This document shows, piece by piece, positions 14,601 to 27,600 of a DNA stretch of 64,000 nt. The notes beneath the pieces are model-generated. The model had not been told where the DNA came from. It saw nothing but the letters and a program-made list of their open reading frames with translations, and ran no database searches. The stretch is from the human T2T-CHM13v2.0 reference genome, Homo sapiens, in the NCBI RefSeq assembly GCF_009914755.1, contig NC_060930.1. One strand, written 5' to 3'. The first letter of the stretch is position 1; every line of letters starts with the position of its first letter. The position numbers were made by a program, and so were the translations under genes.

Positions 14601-17600
14601 TCTCAGAAACTACTTTGTGATGTGTGCATTCAACTCACCGAGTGCAACATTCCTCTTGATAGAGCAGTTTGGAAACATTGTTTCTGTAGAATCTGCAAGT
14701 GGATATTTGGACCTCTTTGAGGCCTTCGTTGGAAACGGGATTTCTTCCTATAAACCCAGACAGAAGAATTCTCAGAGACTTCTTTGTGATGTGTGAATTC
14801 AACTCACAGTGTGGATCCTTCCTTTTGATAGAGCAGTTTTGAAACACTGTTTTTGTAGTATTTCCAAGCGGATATTTGGAATGCCTTGAAGCGTATGGTA
14901 GAAAAGGAAATATCTTCCCATAAAACCTAGACAGAACCAATCTCAGAAACGACTTTGTGATGTCTGCATTCAACTCACAGAGTTGAACATTTCTCTTGAT
15001 AGAGCAGTTTTGAAACCCTCTTACTGAAGGATCTGCAAGTGGATATTTGGAACTCCTTTGGGTCTTCGTTGGAAACGGGATTTCTTCGTATAAATCCAGA
15101 CAGAAGAATTCTCCGAAACTTCTTTGGTTGTGTGCATTCAAGTCACAGAGTGGAACCTTCCTTTGGGTAGAGCAGTTTGAAACGCTGTGGTTGTAGTATT
15201 TCCAAGCGGATATTTGAGCGCCTTGAGGCCTATGGTAGAAAAGGAAATGTCTTCCCATAAAACCTAGACGGAAGCAATCTCAGAAACTACTGTGTGATGG
15301 CTGCATTCCACACACACGGTGGAACATTTCTCTTGATAGAGCAGTTTTGAAACACTCTTTCTGTAGAATCTGCAAGTGGATAATTGGACCGCCTTGAGGC
15401 CTTCGTTGGAAATGGGATTTCTTCATGTTACTCTAGATAGAAGAATTCTCAAACACTGCTATGTGATGTTTGCATTCAAGTCACAGAGTGCAACATTCCT
15501 CTTGACAGAGCAGTTGGGAAACACTCCTTTTGTAGAATTTGCAATGGGATATTTGGACTTCTTTGAGGCCTTCGTTGGAAACGGGATTTCTTCGTATAAA
15601 TCTAGACAGAAGAATTCTCAGAAACTTGTTTGTGATGTGTGCATTCAACTCAGCGAGTGGCACCTTCCTTTGGAGACAGCAGTTTTGAAACACTGTTTTT
15701 GAGGTATTTCCAAGCGGATATTTAGAGCGCCTTGAAGCCTACGCTAGAAATGGAAATATCTCCCCATAAAACCAAGACAGAAGCAATCTCAGAAACTAAT
15801 GTGTGATGGCTGCATTCCACACACACGGTGGACCATTTCTCTTGATAGAGCAGTTTTGAAACACTCTTTCTGTAGAATCTGAAAGTGGATAATTGGACCT
15901 CCTAGAGGCCTTCGTTGGAGACCGGATTTCTTCATCTAAACCTACAGAGAAGAATTCTCAGTAACTTCTTCGGATGTGTGCATTCGACTCACAGAGTGGA
16001 ACATTCCCTTCGATAGAGCAGTTTTGAGACACCGTTTTTGTAGAATTCCCAAGTGGATATTTAGAGCACTTTGAAGTCTCTGCTAGAAAAGGAAACATCT
16101 TCATGTAAAAAGTAGATAGAATCGTTCTCAGAAAGTGCTTAGTGACGTGTGCGTTCAACTCACAGAGTGTAACGTTTCTTTTGATAGAGCGTTTCTGAAA
16201 CACCCTTCTTGTAGTAGCTGCAAGTGGATATTTGGACCTATTGGAGGCCTTCTTTGGAAACGGGATTTCTTCATGTAACTCTAGATTGAAGAATTCTCAG
16301 AAACTCCTGTGTGATGTGTGCATTCAATTCAAAGAGTGAAACCTCCCTTTTCACAGAGCAGTTTTGAAACACTGTTTTTGTAGGATTTCCAAGGGGATAT
16401 TTATAGCGCATTGAGCCTATGGCAGAAAAAGAAACACCTTCCTATAAAAACTAGACAGAATAATTCTCAGAATCTGCTTTGCGATGTGTGCGTTCAACTC
16501 ACTGAGTAAAACTTTTCTTTTGATAGAGCAGTTTTGAAACACTCTTTTTGTAGTATTTGCATGTGTATATTTAGAGCGCATTGAAGCCCACAGTAGAAAA
16601 GGAAATAACTTCACCTAAAACCTAGTCAGAAGCAATCCCAGAAACTACTTTGTGATGTGTACATTCAACTCGCAGAGTGGAACTTTCCTCTTTATAGAGC
16701 AGTGTTGAAACACTCTTTTTGTAGAAACTGCAAGTGGATATTTGGACCTCTTTGAGGCCCTCGTTGGAAACCGGATTTCTTCCTATAACCCTAGACAGAA
16801 GAATTTTCAGAAACCTCATTGTGATGTGTGCGTTCATCTCACAGAGTGGAGTCTTCCGTTTGATAGAGAAGTTTTGAAACCCTGTTCTTGTAGGATTTCC
16901 AAGTGGATATTTAGATCACTTTGAAGCCTATGATAGAAAAGGAAACATCTTCATGGAAAACATAGACAGAATCATTCTCAGAAAGAACTTTGTGATGTGT
17001 GCGTTGAACTCACCGTCTTTAACCTTTCTTTTGGTAGAGAAGTCTTGAAACACTCTCTTTGTAAAGTCTACAAGTGGATATTTTGAGCCCTTGGAGGCAT
17101 TCTTTGGAAAAGGGAATGTCTTCACGTAAAAGGCAGACAGAAGTGTTCTCAGAAACTGCTTTGTGATGTCTGTGTTCAACTCACAGAGTTTAACATTTCC
17201 TTTGATAGAGCAGTTTAGCAACACTCTCTTTGTAGAATTTGGAAGTGTATACTAAGAGCGCTTTGAGGCCTATGGTAGAAAAGGAAATATCTTTCCATAA
17301 AAGCTAGACAGAAGCAATCTCAGAAACTCCTTTGTGATGTCTGCATTCAACTCACCGAGTGGAACATTCCTCTTGATAGAGCAGTTTGGAAACACTCTTT
17401 CTGTAGAATCAGCTTGTTTGTATTTGGAACTCCTTGAGGCCTTCGTTGGAAACGGGTTTTCATCTTATAAACCCAGACAGAAGAATTCTCTGAGTCTTCT
17501 TTGTGATGTGTGCTTTCAACTCACCGAGATAAAGATTTCTCTTGATAGAGCAATTTGGAAACACTCTTTTTGTAGAATTGGCAAGGGTACATTGAGAGCG

Positions 17601-20497
17601 CTTTCAGGCCTATGGTAGAAAAGGGAATATCTTTCCATAAAAGGTAGACAGAAGCAATCTCAGAAACTACTTTGTGATGTGTGCATTCAACTCACCGAGT
17701 GCAACATTCCTCTTGATAGAGCAGTTTGGAAACATTGTTTCTGTAGAATCTGCAAGTGGATATTTGGACCTCTTTGAGGCCTTCGTTGGAAACGGGATTT
17801 CTTCCTATAAACCCAGACAGAAGAATTCTCAGAGACTTCTTTGTGATGTGTGAATTCAACTCACAATGTGGATCCTTCCTTTTGATAGAGCAGTTTGGAA
17901 ACACTGTTTTTGTAGTATTTCCAAGCGGATATTTGGAACGCCTTGAAGCGTATGGTAGAAAAGGAAATATCTTCCCATAAAACCTAGACAGAACCAATCT
18001 CAGAAACGACTTTGTGATGTCTGCATTCAACTCACAGAGTTGAACATTTCTCTTGATAGAGCAGTTTTGAAACCCTCTTTCTGAAGGATCTGCAAGTGGA
18101 TATTTGGAATTCCTTTGGGTCTTCGTTGGAAACGGGATTTCTTCGTATAAATCCAGACAGAAGAATTCTCCGAAACTTCTTTGGTTGTGTGCATTCAAGT
18201 CACAGAGTGGAACCTTCCTTTGGGTAGAGCAGTTTGAAACGCTGTGGTTGTAGTATTTCCAAGCGGATATTTGAGCGCCTTGAGGCCTATGGTAGAAAAG
18301 GAAATGTCTTCCCATAAAACCTAGACGGAAGCAATCTCAGAAACTACTGTGTGATGGCTGCATTCCACACACATGGTGGAACATTTCTCTTGATAGAGCA
18401 GTTTTGAAACACTCTTTCTGTAGAATCTGCAAGTGGATAATTGGACCGCCTTGGGGCCTTCGTTGGAAATGGGATTTCTTCATGTTACTCTAGATAGAAG
18501 AATTCTCAAACACTGCTATGTGATGTTTGCATTCAAGTCACAGAGTGCAACATTCCTCTTGACAGAGCAGTTGGGAAACACTCCTTTTGTAGAATTTGCA
18601 ATGGGATATTTGGACTTCTTTGAGGCCTTCGTTGGAAACGGGATTTCTTCGTATAAATCTAGACAGAAGAATTCTCAGAAACTTGTTTGTGATGTGTGCA
18701 TTCAACTCAGCGAGTGGCACCTTCCTTTGGAGACAGCAGTTTTGAAACACTGTTTTTGAGGTATTTCCAAGCGGATATTTAGAGCGCCTTGAAGCCTACG
18801 CTAGAAATGGAAATATCTCCCCATAAAACCAAGACAGAAGCAATCTCAGAAACTAATGTGTGATGGCTGCATTCCACACACACGGTGGACCATTTCTCTT
18901 GATAGAGCAGTTTTGAAACACTCTTTCTGTAGAATCTGCAAGTGGATAATTGGACCTCCTAGAGGCCTTCGTTGGAAACGGGATTTCTCCATCTAAACTT
19001 ACAGAGAAGAATTCTCAGTAACTTCTTCGGATGTGTGCATTCGACTCACAGAGTGGAACATTCCCTTCGATAGAGCAGTTTTGAGACACCGTTTTTGTAG
19101 AATTCCCAAGTGGATATTTAGAGCACTTTGAAGTCTCTGCTAGAAAAGGAAACATCTTCATGTAAAAAGTAGATAGAATCGTTCTCAGAAAGTGCTTAGT
19201 GACGTGTGCGTTCAACTCACAGAGTGTAACGTTTCTTTTGATAGAGCGTTTCTGAAACACCCTTCTTGTAGTAGCTGCAAGTGGATATTTGGACCTATTG
19301 GAGGCCTTCTTTGGAAACGGGATTTCTTCATGTAACTCTAGATTGAAGAATTCTCAGAAACTCCTGTGTGATGTGTGCATTCAATTCAAAGAGTGAAACC
19401 TCCCTTTTCACAGAGCAGTTTTGAAACACTGTTTTTGTAGGATTTCCAAGGGGATATTTATAGCGCATTGAGCCTACGGCAGAAAAAGAAACACCTTCCT
19501 ATAAAAACTAGACAGAATAATTCTCAGAATCTGCTTTGCGATGTGTGCGTTCAACTCACTGAGTAAAACTTTTCTTTTGATAGAGCAGTTTTGAAACACT
19601 CTTTTTGTAGTATTTGCATGTGTATATTTAGAGCGCATTGAAGCCCACAGTAGAAAAGGAAATAACTTCACCTAAAACCTAGTCAGAAGCAATCCCAGAA
19701 ACTACTTTGTGATGTGTACATTCAACTCGCAGAGTGGAACTTTCCTCTTTATAGAGCAGTGTTGAAACACTCTTTTTGTAGAAACTGCAAGTGGATATTT
19801 GGACCTCTTTGAGGCCCTCGTTGGAAACCGGATTTCTTCCTATAACCCTAGACAGAAGAATTTTCAGAAACCTCATTGTGATGTGTGCGTTCATCTCACA
19901 GAGTGGAGTCTTCCGTTTGATAGAGAAGTTTTGAAACCCTGTTCTTGTAGGATTTCCAAGTGGATATTTAGATCACTTTGAAGCCTATGATAGAAAAGGA
20001 AACATCTTCATGGAAAACATAGACAGAATCATTCTCAGAAAGAACTTTGTGATGTGTGCGTTGAACTCACCGTCTTTAACCTTTCTTTTGGTAGAGAAGT
20101 CTTGAAACACTCTCTTTGTAAAGTCTACAAGTGGATATTTTGAGCCCTTGGAGGCATTCTTTGGAAAAGGGAATGTCTTCACGTAAAAGGCAGACAGAAG
20201 TGTTCTCAGAAACTGCTTTGTGATGTCTGTGTTCAACTCACAGAGTTTAACATTTCCTTTGATAGAGCAGTTTAGCAACACTCTCTTTGTAGAATTTGGA
20301 AGTGTATACTAAGAGCGCTTTGAGGCCTATGGTAGAAAAGGAAATATCTTTCCATAAAAGCTAGACAGAAGCAATCTCAGAAACTCCTTTGTGATGTCTG
20401 CATTCAACTCACCGAGTGGAACATTCCTCTTGATAGAGCAGTTTGGAAACACTCTTTCTGTAGAATCAGCTTGTTTGTATTTGGAACTCCTTGAGGC

Positions 20498-21699
20498 CTT
20501 CGTTGGAAACGGGTTTTCATCTTATAAACCCAGACAGAAGAATTCTCTGAGTCTTCTTTGTGATGTGTGCTTTCAACTCACCGAGATAAAGATTTCTCTT
20601 GATAGAGCAATTTGGAAACACTCTTTATGTAGAATTTGCAAGGGTACATTGAGAGCGCTTTCAGGCCTATGGTAGAAAAGGGAATATCTTTCCATAAAAG
20701 GTAGCAGAAGCAATCTCAGAAACTACTTTGTGATGTGTGCATTCAACTCACCGAGTGCAACATTCCTCTTGATAGAGCAGTTTGGAAACATTGTTTCTGT
20801 AGAATCTGCAAGTGGATATTTGGACCTCTTTGAGGCCTTCGTTGGAAACGGGATTTCTTCCTATAAACCCAGACAGAAGAATTCTCAGAGACTTCTTTGT
20901 GATGTGTGAATTCAACTCACAGTGTGGATCCTTCCTTTTGATAGAGCAGTTTTGAAACCCTGTTTTTGTAGTATTTCCAAGCGGATATTTGGAACGCCTT
21001 GAAGCGTATGGTAGAAAAGGAAATATCTTCCCATAAAACCTAGACAGAACCAATCTCAGAAACGACTTTGTGATGTCTGCATTCAACTCACAGAGTTGAA
21101 TATTTCTCTTGATAGAGCAGTTTTGAAACCCTCTTTCTGAAGGATCTGCAAGTGGATATTTGGAACTCCTTTGGGTCTTCGTTGGAAACGGGATTTCTCC
21201 GTATAAATCTAGACAGAAGAATTCTCCGAAACTTCTTTGGTTGTGTGCATTCAAGTCACAGAGTGGAACCTTCCTTTGGGTAGAGCAGTTTGAAACGCTG
21301 TGGTTGTAGTATTTCCAAGCGGATATTTGAGCGCCTTGAGGCCTATGGTAGAAAAGGAAATGTCTTCCCATAAAACCTAGACGGAAGCAATCTCAGAAAC
21401 TACTGTGTGATGGCTGCATTCCACACACACGGTGGAACATTTCTCTTGATAGAGCAGTTTTGAAACACTCTTTCTGTAGAATCTGCAAGTGGATAATTGG
21501 ACCGCCTTGAGGCCTTCGTTGGAAACGGGATTTCTTCATGTTACTCTAGATAGAAGAATTCTCAAACACTGCTATGTGATGTTTGCATTCAAGTCACAGA
21601 GTGCAACATTCCTCTTGACAGAGCAGTTGGGAAACACTCCTTTTGTAGAATTTGCAATGGGATATTTGGACTTCTTTGAGGCCTTCGTTGGAAACGGGA
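20498..21699 (+). promoter_or_regulatory. Representative CENP-B box cluster of one HOR (boxes start at 20498, 20837, 21177, 21514, 21683), repeated in each unit
   Basis: All five match nTTCGnnnnAnnCGGGn (m7, m9, m11, m13, m14). The B-type monomers m3 (CCTCG...), m5 (ATTCT...AAAAGGG), m18 (CTTCT...) and usually m16 (GGAGACCGG) have degenerate boxes. Confidence 0.92.
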
Positions 21700-24600
21700 T
21701 TTCTTCGTATAAATCTAGACAGAAGAATTCTCAGAAACTTGTTTGTGATGTGTGCATTCAACTCAGCGAGTGGCACCTTCCTTTGGAGACAGCAGTTTTG
21801 AAACACTGTTTTTGAGGTATTTCCAAGCGGATATTTAGAGCGCCTTGAAGCCTACGCTAGAAATGGAAATATCTCCCCATAAAACCAAGACAGAAGCAAT
21901 CTCAGAAACTAATGTGTGATGGCTGCATTCCACACACACGGTGGACCATTTCTCTTGATAGAGCAGTTTTGAAACACTCTTTCTGTAGAATCTGCAAGTG
22001 GATAATTGGACCTCCTAGAGGCCTTCGTTGGAGACCGGATTTCTTCATCTAAACCTACAGAGAAGAATTCTCAGTAACTTCTTCGGATGTGTGCATTCGA
22101 CTCACAGAGTGGAACATTCCCTTCGATAGAGCAGTTTTGAGACACCGTTTTTGTAGAATTCCCAAGTGGATATTTAGAGCACTTTGAAGTCTCTGCTAGA
22201 AAAGGAAACATCTTCATGTAAAAAGTAGATAGAATCGTTCTCAGAAAGTGCTTAGTGACGTGTGCGTTCAACTCACAGAGTGTAACGTTTCTTTTGATAG
22301 AGCGTTTCTGAAACACCTTTCTTGTAGTAGCTGCAAGTGGATATTTGGACCTATTGGAGGCCTTCTTTGGAAACGGGATTTCTTCATGTAACTCTAGATT
22401 GAAGAATTCTCAGAAACTCCTGTGTGATGTGTGCATTCAATTCAAAGAGTGAAACCTCCCTTTTCACAGAGCAGTTTTGAAACACTGTTTTTGTAGGATT
22501 TCCAAGGGGATATTTATAGCGCATTGAGCCTATGGCAGAAAAAGAAACACCTTCCTATAAAAACTAGACAGAATAATTCTCAGAATCTGCTTTGCGATGT
22601 GTGCGTTCAACTCACTGAGTAAAACTTTTCTTTTGATAGAGCAGTTTTGAAACACTCTTTTTGTAGTATTTGCATGTGTATATTTAGAGCGCATTGAAGC
22701 CCACAGTAGAAAAGGAAATAACTTCACCTAAAACCTAGTCAGAAGCAATCCCAGAAACTACTTTGTGATGTGTACATTCAACTCGCAGAGTGGAACTTTC
22801 CTCTTTATAGAGCAGTGTTGAAACACTCTTTTTGTAGAAACTGCAAGTGGATATTTGGACCTCTTTGAGGCCCTCGTTGGAAACCGGATTTCTTCCTATA
22901 ACCCTAGACAGAAGAATTTTCAGAAACCTCATTGTGATGTGTGCGTTCATCTCACAGAGTGGAGTCTTCCGTTTGATAGAGAAGTTTTGAAACCCTGTTC
23001 TTGTAGGATTTCCAAGTGGATATTTAGATCACTTTGAAGCCTATGATAGAAAAGGAAACATCTTCATGGAAAACATAGACAGAATCATTCTCAGAAAGAA
23101 CTTTGTGATGTGTGCGTTGAACTCACCGTCTTTAACCTTTCTTTTGGTAGAGAAGTCTTGAAACACTCTCTTTGTAAAGTCTACAAGTGGATATTTTGAG
23201 CCCTTGGAGGCATTCTTTGGAAAAGGGAATGTCTTCACGTAAAAGGCAGACAGAAGTGTTCTCAGAAACTGCTTTGTGATGTCTGTGTTCAACTCACAGA
23301 GTTTAACATTTCCTTTGATAGAGCAGTTTAGCAACACTCTCTTTGTAGAATTTGGAAGTGTATACTAAGAGCGCTTTGAGGCCTATGGTAGAAAAGGAAA
23401 TATCTTTCCATAAAAGCTAGACAGAAGCAATCTCAGAAACTCCTTTGTGATGTCTGCATTCAACTCACCGAGTGGAACATTCCTCTTGATAGAGCAGTTT
23501 GGAAACACTCTTTCTGTAGAATCAGCTTGTTTGTATTTGGAACTCCTTGAGGCCTTCGTTGGAAACGGGTTTTCATCTTATAAACCCAGACAGAAGAATT
23601 CTCTGAGTCTTCTTTGTGATGTGTGCTTTCAACTCACCGAGATAAAGATTTCTCTTGATAGAGCAATTTGGAAACACTCTTTTTGTAGAATTGGCAAGGG
23701 TACATTGAGAGCGCTTTCAGGCCTATGGTAGAAAAGGGAATATCTTTCCATAAAAGGTAGCAGAAGCAATCTCAGAAACTACTTTGTGATGTGTGCATTC
23801 AACTCACCGAGTGCAACATTCCTCTTGATAGAGCAGTTTGGAAACATTGTTTCTGTAGAATCTGCAAGTGGATATTTGGACCTCTTTGAGGCCTTCGTTG
23901 GAAACGGGATTTCTTCCTATAAACCCAGACAGAAGAATTCTCAGAGACTTCTTTGTGATGTGTGAATTCAACTCACAGTGTGGATCCTTCCTTTTGATAG
24001 AGCAGTTTTGAAACCCTGTTTTTGTAGTATTTCCAAGCGGATATTTGGAACGCCTTGAAGCGTATGGTAGAAAAGGAAATATCTTCCCATAAAACCTAGA
24101 CAGAACCAATCTCAGAAACGACTTTGTGATGTCTGCATTCAACTCACAGAGTTGAATATTTCTCTTGATAGAGCAGTTTTGAAACCCTCTTTCTGAAGGA
24201 TCTGCAAGTGGATATTTGGAACTCCTTTGGGTCTTCGTTGGAAACGGGATTTCTCCGTACAAATCTAGACAGAAGAATTCTCCGAAACTTCTTTGGTTGT
24301 GTGCATTCAAGTCACAGAGTGGAACCTTCCTTTGGGTAGAGCAGTTTGAAACGCTGTGGTTGTAGTATTTCCAAGCGGATATTTGAGCGCCTTGAGGCCT
24401 ATGGTAGAAAAGGAAATGTCTTCCCATAAAACCTAGACGGAAGCAATCTCAGAAACTACTGTGTGATGGCTGCATTCCACACACACGGTGGAACATTTCT
24501 CTTGATAGAGCAGTTTTGAAACACTCTTTCTGTAGAATCTGCAAGTGGATAATTGGACCGCCTTGAGGCCTTCGTTGGAAACGGGATTTCTTCATGTTAC

Positions 24601-27600
24601 TCTAGATAGAAGAATTCTCAAACACTGCTATGTGATGTTTGCATTCAAGTCACAGAGTGCAACATTCCTCTTGACAGAGCAGTTGGGAAACACTCCTTTT
24701 GTAGAATTTGCAATGGGATATTTGGACTTCTTTGAGGCCTTCGTTGGAAACGGGATTTCTTCGTATAAATCTAGACAGAAGAATTCTCAGAATCTTGTTT
24801 GTGATGTGTGCATTCAACTCAGCGAGTGGCACCTTCCTTTGGAGACAGCAGTTTTGAAACACTGTTTTTGAGGTATTTCCAAGCGGATATTTAGAGCGCC
24901 TTGAAGCCTACGCTAGAAATGGAAATATCTCCCCATAAAACCAAGACAGAAGCAATCTCAGAAACTAATGTGTGATGGCTGCATTCCACACACACGGTGG
25001 ACCATTTCTCTTGATAGAGCAGTTTTGAAACACTCTTTCTGTAGAATCTGCAAGTGGATAATTGGACCTCCTAGAGGCCTTCGTTGGAGACCGGATTTCT
25101 TCATCTAAACCTACAGAGAAGAATTCTCAGTAACTTCTTCGGATGTGTGCATTCGACTCACAGAGTGGAACATTCCCTTCGATAGAGCAGTTTTGAGACA
25201 CCGTTTTTGTAGAATTCCCAAGTGGATATTTAGAGCACTTTGAAGTCTCTGCTAGAAAAGGAAACATCTTCATGTAAAAAGTAGATAGAATCGTTCTCAG
25301 AAAGTGCTTAGTGACGTGTGCGTTCAACTCACAGAGTGTAACGTTTCTTTTGATAGAGCGTTTCTGAAACACCCTTCTTGTAGTAGCTGCAAGTGGATAT
25401 TTGGACCTATTGGAGGCCTTCTTTGGAAACGGGATTTCTTCATGTAACTCTAGATTGAAGAATTCTCAGAAACTCCTGTGTGATGTGTGCATTCAATTCA
25501 AAGAGTGAAACCTCCCTTTTCACAGAGCAGTTTTGAAACACTGTTTTTGTAGGATTTCCAAGGGGATATTTATAGCGCATTGAGCCTACGGCAGAAAAAG
25601 AAACACCTTCCTATAAAAACTAGACAGAATAATTCTCAGAATCTGCTTTGCGATGTGTGCGTTCAACTCACTGAGTAAACTTTTCTTTTGATAGAGCAGT
25701 TTTGAAACACTCTTTTTGTAGTATTTGCATGTGTATATTTAGAGCGCATTGAAGCCCACAGTAGAAAAGGAAATAACTTCACCTAAAACCTAGACAGAAG
25801 CAACCCCAGAAACTACTTTGTGATGTGTACATTCAACTCGCAGAGTGGAACTTTCCTCTTTATAGAGCAGTGTTGAAACACTCTTTTTGTAGAAACTGCA
25901 AGTGGATATTTGGACCTCTTTGAGGCCCTCGTTGGAAACCGGATTTCTTCCTATAACCCTAGACAGAAGAATTTTCAGAAACCTCATTGTGATGTGTGCG
26001 TTCATCTCACAGAGTGGAGTCTTCCGTTTGATAGAGAAGTTTTGAAACCCTGTTCTTGTAGGATTTCCAAGTGGATATTTAGATCCCTTTGAAGCCTATG
26101 ATAGAAAAGGAAACATCTTCATGGAAAACATAGACAGAATCATTCTCAGAAAGAACTTTGTGATGTGTGCGTTGAACTCACCGTCTTTAACCTTTCTTTT
26201 GGTAGAGAAGTCTTGAAACACTCTCTTTGTAAAGTCTACAAGTGGATAATTTGAGCCCTTGGAGGCATTCTTTGGAAAAGGGAATGTCTTCACGTAAAAG
26301 GCAGACAGAAGTGTTCTCAGAAACTGCTTTGTGATGTCTGTGTTCAACTCACAGAGTTTAACATTTCCTTTGATAGAGCAGTTTAGCAACACTCTCTTTG
26401 TAGAATTTGGAAGTGTATACTAAGAGCGCTTTGAGGCCTATGGTAGAAAAGGAAATATCTTTCCATAAAAGCTAGACAGAAGCAATCTCAGAAACTCCTT
26501 TGTGATGTCTGCATTCAACTCACCGAGTGGAACATTCCTCTTGATAGAGCAGTTTGGAAACACTCTTTCTGTAGAATCAGCTTGTTTGTATTTGGAACTC
26601 CTTGAGGCCTTCGTTGGAAACGGGTTTTCATCTTATAAACCCAGACAGAAGAATTCTCTGAGTCTTCTTTGTGATGTGTGCTTTCAACTCACTGAGATAA
26701 AGATTTCTCTTGATAGAGCAATTTGGAAACACTCTTTATGTAGAATTTGCAAGGGTACATTGAGAGCGCTTTCAGGCCTATGGTAGAAAAGGGAATATCT
26801 TTCCATAAAAGGTAGCAGAAGCAATCTCAGAAACTACTTTGTGATGTGTGCATTCAACTCACCGAGTGCAACATTCCTCTTGATAGAGCAGTTTGGAAAC
26901 ATTGTTTCTGTAGAATCTGCAAGTGGATATTTGGACCTCTTTGAGGCCTTCGTTGGAAACGGGATTTCTTCCTATAAACCCAGACAGAAGAATTCTCAGA
27001 GACTTCTTTGTGATGTGTGAATTCAACTCACAGTGTGGATCCTTCCTTTTGATAGAGCAGTTTTGAAACCCTGTTTTTGTAGTATTTCCAAGCGGATATT
27101 TGGAACGCCTTGAAGCGTATGGTAGAAAAGGAAATATCTTCCCATAAAACCTAGACAGAACCAATCTCAGAAACGACTTTGTGATGTCTGCATTCAACTC
27201 ACAGAGTTGAATATTTCTCTTGATAGAGCAGTTTTGAAACCCTCTTTCTGAAGGATCTGCAAGTGGATATTTGGAACTCCTTTGGGTCTTCGTTGGAAAC
27301 GGGATTTCTCCGTATAAATCTAGACAGAAGAATTCTCCGAAACTTCTTTGGTTGTGTGCATTCAAGTCACAGAGTGGAACCTTCCTTTGGGTAGAGCAGT
27401 TTGAAACGCTGTGGTTGTAGTATTTCCAAGCGGATATTTGAGCGCCTTGAGGCCTATGGTAGAAAAGGAAATGTCTTCCCATAAAACCTAGACGGAAGCA
27501 ATCTCAGAAACTACTGTGTGATGGCTGCATTCCACACACACGGTGGAACATTTCTCTTGATAGAGCAGTTTTGAAACACTCTTTCTGTAGAATCTGCAAG

